Position numbers and translations under genes: made by a program. 64,000 nucleotides of DNA from Candidatus Bathyarchaeia archaeon (lineage in GTDB: Archaea > Thermoproteota > Bathyarchaeia > Bathyarchaeales > Bathycorpusculaceae). Shown here one piece after another: positions 27,717 through 37,534 of this stretch. Positions within the stretch are counted from its first letter, which is position 1; every line of letters begins with the position of its first letter. The stretch is taken from contig JASEET010000005.1 in assembly GCA_030019335.1 (NCBI GenBank), positions 25,962 to 89,961 on the forward strand. Reading direction: 5' to 3'. The notes beneath the pieces were generated by a model that saw only the letters and a program-made list of their open reading frames with translations, had not been told where the DNA came from and ran no database searches.

Positions 27717-28657
27717 TCACTCTAAAAGACTCTTTACTTTCTCAAAAATGTCTTGAGCGTATATTATCTTGCCGCAGTGGGAGCATGTTGTTTGAGACCC
27801 ACTTTTCGGAAATTCAATTGTTGCACCGCATTCGGGACATTTCAATACTTGCATAACTAAACTACCCTTCTCCATGTAAGTTTTTAAGAAAGAAAAATCC
27901 AATATAACGTGGAGTCGTTCCTTTTTCTTTTCCACATCAATTTCTTTTCTTCTAATTGCAATAGCATTTTCTATGGTTGGCTTAAATAATTCCAAAAATG
28001 CATATTGCAAATTGAATGTATTTTCGCCCTTGCTGTCCACCACAGATATCTTCTTGGGTAACTGCCAGTTGCTGCTGTCTCCAGTATCCCCCGAAACCCC
28101 ATTGATTTCTTCCGGTGGTATTTCATACACTAATAGAAACGATGTAACTTTTTTTTTAGGAAACCTCGTTCGCGCCTCGCTAACCAACGCAATCTTTGAG
28201 TTGACAATAGGAGAATTCCAGACTCTTGTGTTGTAGATTCTACTGTATTTCCCTTTATAACTTTCTTTTCACGGACTTCCCTTGATCCTTCCCACTGGTG
28301 CAATAGTTTTTCTCCCTTCTCTGTTATCACAGCTTTTGAAACATCTGAACTAACGTTCTTCGACAGAAATTCCCAGTTAACTTTTTTATCAAGTTTTAGA
28401 TTTTTCCAGAAATCAATTGAAAGACACTTTCCAATAACAGTAAATAAAGGCGTCTTTGTGCTGATAAGTGTATACACGCCACTTCCATCTTTTGGAAGTT
28501 CATGTAGGGTAAGTTCCAATATTTTTCTGTTCTTTATGAAGAGCCGCCATTTGGTCATACAAGTCAGACATTGAGCGTACTTGCCTATTATTCCAGACAA
28601 CTTATAGCCATTAGTCGAGCCACATATTGGACATTTTGGGATTTCTTCCTGCATCAA
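27717..28657 (-). CDS. Zn-ribbon / PH-like (GRAM/YokE-type pattern) / Zn-ribbon protein, split by a frameshift in a T9 run (28149-28157)
   Basis: Track ORFs 28130-28657 and 27717-28187 overlap at the run. Adding one A gives ...GILLLSTQRLRWLARRERGFLKKKVTSFLLVYEIP.... N-terminal CPICG...CLTC and C-terminal CPECG...CSHCG. Confidence 0.5.
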
Positions 28658-28834
28658 TCCTAAATACGCCTCAATTTCGAATGACCCTTAACCATAATTA
28701 TTTTTGTTTTTCTTTCCGTATAAAACATTCGGATTAGATTTATGCATCAATTCGATAAACATTCACTATTTTTCAACGCTCAGCTTACTTCAGCAATTAG
28801 AAGCGATGACGGTAATAAACACAAACCTTTCGCT

Positions 28835-29734
28835 CTAAATTATGAAAATTAGAAAAATTCCAACAACAACCAATATCGACCCCGCAACAATCTTTGCTGT
28901 AACCTGTTCATGCAGAAAAATTATCCCAGAAATTGTTGAGAAAAGCGGTGTTGTTGAAGATATTGGAACAGCTTGTGATTCCAAGGTGTGTATGAAACTG
29001 AATGTTAGTAAAAACCATCCTAATGCCAGGGCTACTATGCCTCCGGAGATAAGGGCAGCCAGCGTTTTTCTCTGCATTTTTAGAAAACTGAATTTTCTAT
29101 CGGTTATTGGAGCTGAAGCTAACAGAAGAACTGCGACTGCTGCCACTCTAATGGTGTTTATGGCTAAGGCGTGGTCTAAGCTTTCTGTTCCCGGGAGAGT
29201 TACAGCCATGTTAATCATTGTTATGCTTACAGCCCATATTATGGCGGTTGCCAAAGCATAAGCTACACCTTTAACCAAAACCTTCTTTTGCAGTTCATGC
29301 GTACTTGTTTCTTCTTCTTGGCTGAGAAGCCACACTCCAAAAACTATTGCAACAGTGCCGAGAACCACATACAAAGTGACTATTTCTCCTTTTAAGAAAA
29401 CCGCAAACAAAAGGTTGAACAGTGGATATATACATGTTATCGGAACGGCTCGCGCCACCCCTATCAGCTTTAAGCTCATCATGTACAGGGTGTCACCGAA
29501 GCCCAAACCAATTATTCCGCTGACTCCTGTAAGAACAACAGCATACAAAGGTAAATCAGTCAAAACTCCAAATTTACCCATAACCGCCAAACAAACAACC
29601 AAAACTACGCCCGTGCACACGCAACGCACAATGTTTGCTGAAATAGGCTTCGCCCTTAACAACGCTTCTTTATACAGTACCGCGGATACTGTCCAGCAAA
29701 TCGCAGCGCCTAAAGCCGCAAATTCCCCTATCAT
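28835..29734 (-). CDS. EamA/DMT-family transporter (10 TM)
   Basis: Two EamA-like halves, hydrophobic throughout. ATG 29734 (MIGEFAALGAA) is preferred to 29770. Confidence 0.85.
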   Translation of the reverse strand: MIGEFAALGAAICWTVSAVLYKEALLRAKPISANIVRCVCTGVVLVVCLAVMGKFGVLTDLPLYAVVLTGVSGIIGLGFGDTLYMMSLKLIGVARAVPITCIYPLFNLLFAVFLKGEIVTLYVVLGTVAIVFGVWLLSQEEETSTHELQKKVLVKGVAYALATAIIWAVSITMINMAVTLPGTESLDHALAINTIRVAAVAVLLLASAPITDRKFSFLKMQRKTLAALISGGIVALALGWFLLTFSFIHTLESQAVPISSTTPLFSTISGIIFLHEQVTAKIVAGSILVVVGIFLIFII

Positions 29735-29847
29735 TGTCAGACCTTTCCGATTATTGGCGTTATTAATCACTCGTTTGAAGGGAAAAGATTTTGCACAGAG
29801 AGCGTTAAAATATCTAACGTTTAAAATCTATTTGAGATGTGCAAACC

Positions 29848-30552
29848 ATGCAAATCCATGTTCACTGGACCCCAAAAGTCTCCGAAAAGTTTCCAGAACT
29901 CTCCATCTGCATAGGCATAATCAACAACGTCCATATAGAAAAAGAAAACGAACAAATTCAAAAGCTTAAAAAGACTGTATATGAAGAGGTCAGAGCCAAA
30001 TACAAAATTGAAACGTTGAAAGACAACCCAACCGTTAGAGCCTACAGAGACTTCTACTGGAAGCTTAACATAGACCCTACAAAAACGAGGCCTTCAGGCG
30101 AAGCCTTGCTCAGAAGAGTTTTACACGGACGCGAGCTTCCGCGCATATCCACAGTTGTTGACGCCTACAATCTGGCTTCAATGAAAACAATAATTTCAAT
30201 AAGTGGATTTGACAAGGATAAGCTAAACCCGCCTTTCCAAATACGATTCGCAAAAACCGGCGAAGCCTTCACGGGAATCGGCATGAATAAGCTTATAACC
30301 TTGACGGATAAGATGCTTGTTTTGGCTGATGAAAAACAAATCTTATGCATTTACCCCTACAGAGACTCGGATTATACAAAAATCACTAGACAAACAAGAA
30401 ACGTGTTGATAGTTGGATATGGGGCTCCAGGAATAACAGACGAGCAGCTAAAAGAGGCTGTAGAAACAACCTTTTCGCACATTAGGCTGTTTTCAGGCGG
30501 AGAAACTGAAATGGTAAAAGTTTTTAAATCGCCATTTGCGGAAAACCGTTGA
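29848..30552 (+). CDS. stand-alone B3/B4 tRNA-binding domain protein (PheT-beta B3/4-like, COG3382)
   Basis: RAYRDFYWKLNIDPTKTRPSGEALLRRVL...LPRISTVVDAYNLASM pattern. Confidence 0.7.
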   Translation: MQIHVHWTPKVSEKFPELSICIGIINNVHIEKENEQIQKLKKTVYEEVRAKYKIETLKDNPTVRAYRDFYWKLNIDPTKTRPSGEALLRRVLHGRELPRISTVVDAYNLASMKTIISISGFDKDKLNPPFQIRFAKTGEAFTGIGMNKLITLTDKMLVLADEKQILCIYPYRDSDYTKITRQTRNVLIVGYGAPGITDEQLKEAVETTFSHIRLFSGGETEMVKVFKSPFAENR

Positions 30553-30806
30553 AAGGATACATCCATATCGTTTTTAATACCCTCCACCTACGTTTTTTAC
30601 GTCAAGAAAACGCATGTTACGTTGCCCACGAGACAGGCTATAACGGTGAAAATCTAGACCTAGAGCATGTGGTTAAGATTGCAAGGGCTGAGCTAAACGC
30701 ATTCAGAAACTACTTCTAATCTCACGTTTCTTCCTTTGTATCCCAATGTGTACAGCACACACTAAGGAAAAGAATATAATTCATCGCTAAATTATTTTTA
30801 GTAAAC

Positions 30807-31346
30807 ATGCAATATCATTTAAGCATTCAACCTTTCGATTATGATTACGATTTTCTTGAGGATATCTGTAGATATTCTAAATCGCTATATAAAATGAAAA
30901 CAGTTGAAATTTTGCCTAGAAAAACGTTGCCAGAATACTTACTTCTCAAGCCAAAAAGCCTTTTAGCCAAATTCCTTATGAGAAAAAGAAAAATGATTTA
31001 TCTTAACGATTTGCAGGAAGAACTGAAGAGACATTCTACATACAACTCAAAAAAGATGATTCTTGTCATTCTACCCCATTTTATCCTCGGATTCGGGGAT
31101 TATCTAACAGGTTTAACTCTTAAGCCTAACTTGTCAATAGTCTCAACTTACAGCATAAACGAGAGATACTTGTCTAAAGCTTGCATAGGAATCAGCCTGC
31201 ACGAAATTGGGCATAATCTCGGATTAAGACATTGCAAAAGCGAAGGTTGCTTGATGAAAACCCCTTGTAAACCCAAAAACTTCTATAAAGGTGTTTATAG
31301 GCTTTGCAAAGAACATGAAAAGACACTTGCTCATGTCGCGTCATAA
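30807..31346 (+). CDS. amzA: archaemetzincin-like zinc metallopeptidase
   Basis: HEIGHNLGLRHCKSEGCLM...CKEH matches HExxHxxGxxHC...C of archaemetzincins. Confidence 0.75.
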   Translation: MQYHLSIQPFDYDYDFLEDICRYSKSLYKMKTVEILPRKTLPEYLLLKPKSLLAKFLMRKRKMIYLNDLQEELKRHSTYNSKKMILVILPHFILGFGDYLTGLTLKPNLSIVSTYSINERYLSKACIGISLHEIGHNLGLRHCKSEGCLMKTPCKPKNFYKGVYRLCKEHEKTLAHVAS

Positions 31347-31355
31347 AAAGTTAAT

Positions 31356-31592
31356 ATGTTGTCTCGTGATAGTTTAATTCAGGAAGCAACAGAAATGGTT
31401 TATCCTCCACGTGTTCCGAGACCTCTTAAACGCCCAGAAGAGCAACGGTGGCCCTCACCCACACCACTTCCAGCCTTACCAGCAGAAGACATCGGAAAAA
31501 TATTAAAAAAGATTCTTGAAAGACTTGACGCAATCGAAAAACGCCTAGACAACATGGAAAAACTACTAGCAAAAACACAACCAAAGCCATAA
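31356..31592 (+). CDS. hypothetical small protein (Pro-rich N-terminus, coiled-coil C-terminus)
   Basis: 78-aa ORF 10 nt after amzA; no recognisable domain. Confidence 0.4.
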   Translation: MLSRDSLIQEATEMVYPPRVPRPLKRPEEQRWPSPTPLPALPAEDIGKILKKILERLDAIEKRLDNMEKLLAKTQPKP

Positions 31593-31689
31593 AACTCTTA
31601 CTTAACGCATCCCTATGCTCAAGCCTCTGCCAGTCAATCTTCAAGAAACTAAAAAAGAACAGAATTATGTAACTAGGTTTTATTATTCT

Positions 31690-32416
31690 CTAAATCTTTA
31701 ACAAATTGACAATTTCTCTTATGAATTTTAGAATTTTTCTTTTTTCTGTTAAAGAAAGTCGTGAGCCAGTAATGCTAAACCATAATCTACCAGCTTCACC
31801 TCTTCTAACAAAATCTGCATAACTCCTCAGTTGTGAAACTAAATGCCTTCTAAAATTTACTTCTTCAAGTATTCTGCTAATCAAAACGGTTGAATTAATT
31901 TCTTCACCTCTATCCAATAGAAGAGAAAGCACATCAATCGCATCTTTTATTCTACCAGTCGGAACCAGTTTGAGAACCAGCAAAGTTTTTCGAGGTCTAC
32001 AACAGGTGCCATACAAGCATGCGGCTCCGAAGCCTTATGATAACCTGTTATCTTCAGTTTTTTGCGTTAAAAAACAAGTCGTCGGTTACCGGATATGCGA
32101 AACCTGTTGACATATCAAAGATTTTTCCAACACTGATATGTAGATCTATAAAGCCTTCATTGAACCTTTTGCTTCCAACAACTCCAAATTCCGTGTCCCG
32201 AGGAGGATAGCCTAAAAACCGTAGCAACGCCTTAAGATTCCCCAGAGCCCTTCTAGTGGCAACAAGATCGATATCTTTAGTGAAACGGTAACCTTTAATG
32301 TAAGCCCTTACGGCGTACCCACCGATAAGAACAAGCTTTATTCCCCATTTCTCACCTTCTTCAACAACCCTTTTCAAATCTTTTAGGCTTTCAATTTCCA
32401 ATTCAGCTTCGCTCAC
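31690..32416 (-). pseudogene. minimal nucleotidyltransferase-fold protein (AbiEii/DUF1814-like pattern), interrupted by two 1-nt shifts (32054-32075 and T5 run 31986-31990)
   Basis: LVLIGGYAVRAYIKGYRFTKDIDLV NTase motif. Frame-corrected read-through: ...DDLFFKRKKLKITGYHKASEPHACMAPVVDLEKTLLVLKLVPTGRIKDAIDV.... Confidence 0.5.
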
Positions 32417-32494
32417 TAAATCACCTCACCAAATCTGTGACAATTTTTGAAACAAACGCCTTACTGAGATAGATTTTCATATTCCACCTCTTTC

Positions 32495-33376
32495 CTAAAC
32501 CCGCATAGTACTCTTTTTCTTCTCTCTGAAGGGGGTGACTTCCACGCTCTTTGGAAACGTTATCAAATAAGAAAGGTCAGCCTTTTTCCTTATTTTCTCC
32601 ACTTTCTCCTTGGGAAAAATCTCTCGCTTAGCCTCGTAATTGATTATTTCTAATACACATCCCAATTTTCTCACAGCACCCTCTCTTTCAGCTAAATGAA
32701 TGAGCTTCCGCCACTCTAGCTCTTTCCTTTTGGAAATTAGAATAGCCAAAGCATCCATCAAACTGAACCTGTCTTCACCTTTCAATCCATCAACAACCAA
32801 AAGTTCAGGCTTAAGATATCGAACTTCATCGACTACAGCCGATTCCTTAAGCATATCCTCTGTCAAGTTCGAATGAATGTGAACGTTCTCCTTCCTAGCC
32901 TTCTCAGCTGGAATGCCATCAACGGAAACTGCGACCTCGCGGTCGGCAAGAAGTGCCACTCATTTATCCAAATCCTCTCTTTTTACGTGAAGATCAACCT
33001 TGCCAGGCACGGTGTAACTATGATACTTGAAAGACGCGTAAGCCCCCCCAACAACATATTCCAGATGCTTCAGTGCTTCCCGAAGCTTGCCTAAAACCGA
33101 CTTTTCCTCAGCAGAATTTTGAATTCCAAACGTAAGCACAGCATCTTCTGGAGAAATTAACCTGAAAAACTTCCTCCGCGGATCCACAGAATCCCTCCAA
33201 GAAATCAAAAATCCCCTGTTTCTCAACTGAGCTAAAACGATTGAAACCATACGCTTATCCTCAATTCCAAGAAGCTTCTTAGCTTCCTCAAAATCAAAAG
33301 CATCAACTCCTTTGACTATATAAATTAACGAATACTTCTCCGCTAACCAACTTGGAATCCACTTCACAGCAATCAC
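32495..33376 (-). CDS. winged-helix + nucleotidyltransferase-like protein interrupted by an in-frame TGA (32960-32962), or two translationally coupled genes
   Basis: Track ORFs 32960-33376 and 32495-32959 abut in the same frame (GAT AAA TGA GTG GCA). The N-terminal wHTH pattern is MVSIVLAQLRNRGFLISWR. YVVGGAYASF...VDLHV continues across the stop. Confidence 0.5.
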
Positions 33377-33384
33377 CGGTGGAA

Positions 33385-33434
33385 AGTCAACTAATAGCTT
33401 GACTAAATTACATAGTCAAACAAATAATATGACT
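33385..33434. promoter_or_regulatory. two inverted repeats (AGTCAA-N8-TTGACT and AGTCAA-N10-TGACT) immediately upstream of the wHTH gene; candidate autoregulatory operator
   Basis: Half-sites at 33385-33390, 33399-33404, 33414-33419 and 33430-33434. The GTG start of the wHTH gene is at 33376. Confidence 0.45.
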
Positions 33435-33579
33435 AAAAAGATAATTTTAAGTTGATACCTACCTATGGCAGTGTGCCCAAATTCCACTCCCCTTGTTTCT
33501 AAGGGTTAGTTATGAGCAAAAGTTTTTAGTCCTACGCCTAAATAGAAAACGGTGTTTGAGCGTGTCTTTCCGCCTTAAG

Positions 33580-34332
33580 ATGGAGCAAACAGCAAAAAAC
33601 AAAAAATCAAACATCATTTTAGCCCTAGACTTCCCCTTCGAAAAACCAGAAAACCGCGAAAACCTCTTCTCCAAAGCACAACACATCCTAGAAACAGTAA
33701 ACCCCTACATTTGCACTGTAAAGTTTAACCGTCACCTCGTTCTCCCCCTCGGCACATTCAACGGCGTTCAAAAACTTGTGAAAAAAGTTCATGACTTAGG
33801 TTTGATAGCGATAATGGACTGCAAAATAAACGACATAGGCGCAACAAACCAAACAATAGCCGAATACTATTACGCTGCTGGCTTCGACGCCCTAACAGCC
33901 AACCCTTTCGTGGGATGGGAAGAAGGTTTAAAACCCGTTTTCGATGTTGCGCGTAAACTGCAACGGGGCGTAATCCTTCTCGTCTACATGAGCCATAAAG
34001 GAGCGTGGGAAGGCTACGGACAAACAATTTATGATGTCGAAACCAGCGAAAAAGCACCTCAATACGTGTCATTCGCGAAAAAAGCCTTAAAATGGAATGC
34101 CGACGGCGTTGTGGTTGGCGCAACATACCCAGAAAAAATAAGAGAAGTGCACGAAATACTTGGCGAAAAAATCCCAATTTATTCGCCTGGAATAGGCGTT
34201 CAAGGCGGAGCAATCGAATCAGCTTTGAAAGCAGGAGCACGCTACCTAATCGTAGGACGCACAATAACGCTTGCAGAAAACCCAGCGGAAACCGCGAAGA
34301 AAACCAGAGACCTCGCAAACCAATGTAAATGA
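33580..34332 (+). CDS. pyrF: orotidine 5'-phosphate decarboxylase
   Basis: NIILALDFP, DCKINDIGATN and a GR-containing C-terminal loop (IVGRTI). ATG 33580 is preferred to 33493. Confidence 0.85.
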   Translation: MEQTAKNKKSNIILALDFPFEKPENRENLFSKAQHILETVNPYICTVKFNRHLVLPLGTFNGVQKLVKKVHDLGLIAIMDCKINDIGATNQTIAEYYYAAGFDALTANPFVGWEEGLKPVFDVARKLQRGVILLVYMSHKGAWEGYGQTIYDVETSEKAPQYVSFAKKALKWNADGVVVGATYPEKIREVHEILGEKIPIYSPGIGVQGGAIESALKAGARYLIVGRTITLAENPAETAKKTRDLANQCK

Positions 34333-34472
34333 AAACTAGGCGTAATTAAAAAATAACGCGTATTATCTTCCTCTTCTTTCCCAAAGTTCCTTCTTCAGCA
34401 AGTCTCTAACCGCGGAAACAGCTTTCTATGTTTTTTGTTTTCTTTACACAATTATTTTTCTAAAGAAACAGT

Positions 34473-34745
34473 TTAGGTCTCTAGGTTTGGTAACATCGCA
34501 ATAACATTTGCTATTTTCTTAACAACCGTCTGGTCAAATCTGAGATCTTCCTCCATATTTGCTATTGGAATCTTCTGCACTATCTGAAGTTGTTGTAGAA
34601 CAGCAACATCGTTCAGAATCATTCTCGGTCCAGCATCTTTTGGCTTTTTCAGTTCAAGAAGGGCTGGTAAAAACATGATGAAAATGAAGATTAAAACTCC
34701 AAAACATAGTGTGATAAGCGTTGTTGAAGTCGGGGGCGGAATCAT
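34473..34745 (-). CDS. small membrane protein (1 TM), last gene of the GT2 operon
   Basis: 90 aa with an N-terminal hydrophobic helix; 24 nt after the GT2 stop. Confidence 0.5.
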   Translation of the reverse strand: MIPPPTSTTLITLCFGVLIFIFIMFLPALLELKKPKDAGPRMILNDVAVLQQLQIVQKIPIANMEEDLRFDQTVVKKIANVIAMLPNLET

Positions 34746-34769
34746 TTTCTTTTCGTTGAAATGATTTGC

Positions 34770-36053
34770 CTATTTCATAATATAACTATTTCCACTCCCA
34801 GAGTGAACAGTTTTATCCCATGTGATAGTATGTTTTCCAAAGATTTTTGACGTCAGCAAATCTGTAAAGGCTTTGGTGCATATCACAATATTATATAAGA
34901 ACATGAAGATTAGTAGCGGAATAAGCCAACATGCTCGTGTTCTGCCATCTAAATAGGCGCCCATTCCCACTTCAAAAAACGGGGCAAAATTTCCAACAAA
35001 ACTGTAAAAAGAGAGTGGTATGGTTGTCAAAAGGGCGTTGAGCCATTGTGGAGGCTTAGAGAAGAATAGTAAAACACTTATGATCCATGAAATCCAAATG
35101 AGGATTGGCATAAAATACACATTTAACAAAAGCAAGCCATCGATTTTCTTCTTTAGCAGTAAATTATTGCTTTTTAAAACTTTTAGTGAATGTTTGAATG
35201 CACATTGCATATGTCCCTTAGCCCATCTACATCTTTGCTTCCAATAGGCGCGCCAGTTTTCAACGGCTTCCTCATAACATTCTGCATCATTGACATACCG
35301 AACCTTATAACCAGCAAGATAGACACGAAAGGTTAAGTCCGTATCTTCCGCCAAGATGGATTCGTCCCATCCACCTAAGGATTCTAATAGCTTGCGCCTA
35401 ATTGCGAACGCTGTTCCTCCGAGCTGTGGAATCAATCCTAAGCTATCTCGCGCTTGTTGGTCGATGCGATATCCACCCACTCTTTCTAATGCCACAAGTC
35501 TTGTTACAATGTTTTGAGGTTCATTTAGGACCGTGACTCTACCTTGCACTGCTCCCACCTTCGGGTCAACGAACTCCGCTACAAGTTTTTCTATGATATC
35601 TGCTTGTGAATAGTAGTCTGCGTCGAAGCAAAGTACTATCTCACTTTTTGCATATTTTAGTCCAGCGTTTAAAGCTGATGCTTTTACTTTGCCCCATTCC
35701 TTTGAGGTCCGATGTATAACCTTGATGTAGCTGTAGTTTTTTGCATATTCTTCAACTATTTTTCCAGTGTCATCCGTTGACGCGTCGTCTATAACTATTA
35801 TTTGCATTTTATCTTTTGGATAAGTTAGCTCAGTCATTCTCTGGAGTATCCTTCCAATCACTTGTTCCTCATTACGTGCTGGAATTAGAGTTGACACCGT
35901 GGGTTGATAAGTCGTGTTTTCAACTGTGACTGCTTTTTTACGCTTTTGAGCGTTTTTAAGGACTGTTAGGGTGAAGATAAAATGTCGGATGAGGTATGTC
36001 GTCATCAAAGCCGTTAAAATCAGGAAGAACACTTCCAACAATTTAGTTATCAA
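34770..36053 (-). CDS. processive family-2 glycosyltransferase (PgaC/NodC/cellulose-synthase-like) with C-terminal TM bundle
   Basis: IVIDDASTDDT, CFDADY, LAEDTDLTF and QRCRWAKG (D,D,D,QxxRW signature). Confidence 0.8.
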   Translation of the reverse strand: MITKLLEVFFLILTALMTTYLIRHFIFTLTVLKNAQKRKKAVTVENTTYQPTVSTLIPARNEEQVIGRILQRMTELTYPKDKMQIIVIDDASTDDTGKIVEEYAKNYSYIKVIHRTSKEWGKVKASALNAGLKYAKSEIVLCFDADYYSQADIIEKLVAEFVDPKVGAVQGRVTVLNEPQNIVTRLVALERVGGYRIDQQARDSLGLIPQLGGTAFAIRRKLLESLGGWDESILAEDTDLTFRVYLAGYKVRYVNDAECYEEAVENWRAYWKQRCRWAKGHMQCAFKHSLKVLKSNNLLLKKKIDGLLLLNVYFMPILIWISWIISVLLFFSKPPQWLNALLTTIPLSFYSFVGNFAPFFEVGMGAYLDGRTRACWLIPLLIFMFLYNIVICTKAFTDLLTSKIFGKHTITWDKTVHSGSGNSYIMK

Positions 36054-36475
36054 GCCTTAACCCCTGCTCTTGTGTTTCTAGAATTAGCTAAGGCTGTCAA
36101 ACTTATGGACCAGAACGAAACAATCCAGACGAGATTTGCTATGGGACTTAGAATCATGTATAAAGTGTTGAATACTTCTCCGAAATAGTAAGCAACAGTG
36201 TAAGCAAACAAGGAAAAAAGATTATTCCAAACTAAACCAGTAACGTTGCCTATTAATAGCATGGATAATTTTGTTTTTAATGTTCCATTTAACGGAAAAA
36301 TTAGAGAAACGAAAAGGAAATTAAAGATCATAAGCATAGGTGCTGATTCGTTGCCGATGTAGGGAGAAGACAAAAGCATATAGGAAGCGATTGCTCCCGT
36401 GAAAAACCCGAAAATTAAATGTTTAATTCTCCATCCGTCTTCTTCCATCTTTAATCCCCCTTCCACTTCAAGCAT
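36050..36475 (-). CDS. integral membrane protein (4 TM), overlaps the GT2 start by 4 nt
   Basis: 141-aa hydrophobic ORF; ATGA overlap indicates an operon. Confidence 0.55.
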   Translation of the reverse strand: MLEVEGGLKMEEDGWRIKHLIFGFFTGAIASYMLLSSPYIGNESAPMLMIFNFLFVSLIFPLNGTLKTKLSMLLIGNVTGLVWNNLFSLFAYTVAYYFGEVFNTLYMILSPIANLVWIVSFWSISLTALANSRNTRAGVKA

Positions 36476-36520
36476 TAGAAGCTAATTATAGAACAATGAT
36501 ATAGAAGATAAATCTAGAAG
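36476..36520. repeat. four TAGAAG/TAGAAC hexamers at exact 13-nt spacing in the promoter region of the GT2 operon
   Basis: Hexamers start at 36476, 36489, 36502 and 36515. Confidence 0.6.
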
Positions 36521-36652
36521 AAAGTTTTTAAAACTTACGTAAGAATCCATTAATCTAAATTGTTGATTGAGCGGTTGTTTTAGGACAAAATACTTGAGCG
36601 TTTAAATTTAAAGGAAATCTAACTCTGTGTATTGCCAATTTTTTAGCGGTTT

Positions 36653-37231
36653 TCAAGGTTGAAGAATGATGTTGTCTATTACCATGCATAAAACTTGGAA
36701 AACTTCTTCAACATCTAAGTTGTCCGTATCCAATATTAGGTGAAATGGTGTGAAATCTTCTCCCAAGCTGAAACCGTAAAGCTTCTTATAAATTGCCTTT
36801 GTCTTTTCCTCTTTGTTTTTTAACGCTTTTAAGGCATCTTTAACGCTTATGCCGTCTCTTTTAGCTATTCTTTCCGCCCTTTTTTCTGGGGAAGCTTCTA
36901 ACCATATTTTGAAGCCTTTTTTAAGAAGCCAGGGCATGGTCCAGCTATCTAAGATTATGTTTCCTTGCTGTGCCAGTTCCAGAAATTTTTGGTCAACAAC
37001 CTTGTCAAACTTCGGGTCTTTTTCCCTTTTTTCTAGAAAACGCATTCCTTCCCTGCTTTCCCACCATCCATGTTCAATGGGCTTGTAGCCGTCTTCCATT
37101 GCTAGAGCTTTTAATATGTCTCCACCTGAATGGTGTTTGAGTCCGTATTTTTTAGCCAATTTTTTCGCTAGCGTGCTTTTTCCGCTTCCAGCCATTCCGC
37201 AAATGCAAATAACTATAGACTTTCTAATCAT
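36653..37231 (-). CDS. cmk: archaeal-type cytidylate kinase
   Basis: ICGMAGSGKST P-loop; conserved position next to eL34 in archaeal operons. Confidence 0.8.
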   Translation of the reverse strand: MIRKSIVICICGMAGSGKSTLAKKLAKKYGLKHHSGGDILKALAMEDGYKPIEHGWWESREGMRFLEKREKDPKFDKVVDQKFLELAQQGNIILDSWTMPWLLKKGFKIWLEASPEKRAERIAKRDGISVKDALKALKNKEEKTKAIYKKLYGFSLGEDFTPFHLILDTDNLDVEEVFQVLCMVIDNIILQP

Positions 37232-37255
37232 GGTTTAAGAAGCCTCAACTTAGTG

Positions 37256-37534
37256 TTAAAGTGTTCTTGTAGCTTGTCTCAATGCTTTTTTGAGACAGTT
37301 ATGGCATAATTGTCCACCGTAAAGGCGCCAAACCCTTCTTTTACTTCGGTTTAGTTTGCGTACTTCTGATGTGGGAAGATGTGAAATTCCAGCTAAAGGT
37401 TGACCGCAAAGGTAACACCGTGGCAAAGCGCTGATTTCTCGCTTGTAATGAACTCCTTTGCCGCCGCCAGGTAAAGCTTTGTAAGAACGTTTTTTGCTTC
37501 TGGTGCGCTTGGAAGGTCTGGGCATTCTAATCAC
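37256..37534 (-). CDS. rpl34e: 50S ribosomal protein eL34
   Basis: RSKKRSYKALPGG...CYLCGQPLAG pattern. Confidence 0.85.
   Translation of the reverse strand: MIRMPRPSKRTRSKKRSYKALPGGGKGVHYKREISALPRCYLCGQPLAGISHLPTSEVRKLNRSKRRVWRLYGGQLCHNCLKKALRQATRTL

Noticed and set aside
30549-30719. A 56-codon TTG-initiated ORF (…ACYVAHETGYNGENLDLEHVVKIARAELNAFRNYF) in the gap after the B3/B4-domain gene.
   Set aside because: It is below any confident size, overlaps the upstream stop, has a non-ATG start and no recognisable motif. It may be a C-terminal gene relic, but I cannot support a call.
25801-32962. In-frame TAG (25801-25803) and TGA (32960-32962) as pyrrolysine or selenocysteine recoding.
   Set aside because: No pyl or sel genes are visible in the window, and no obvious SECIS-like hairpin follows the TGA. 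Both loci sit among genes with other disruptions, and a GTG start immediately follows each stop region. Nonsense mutation or separate starts are simpler explanations.
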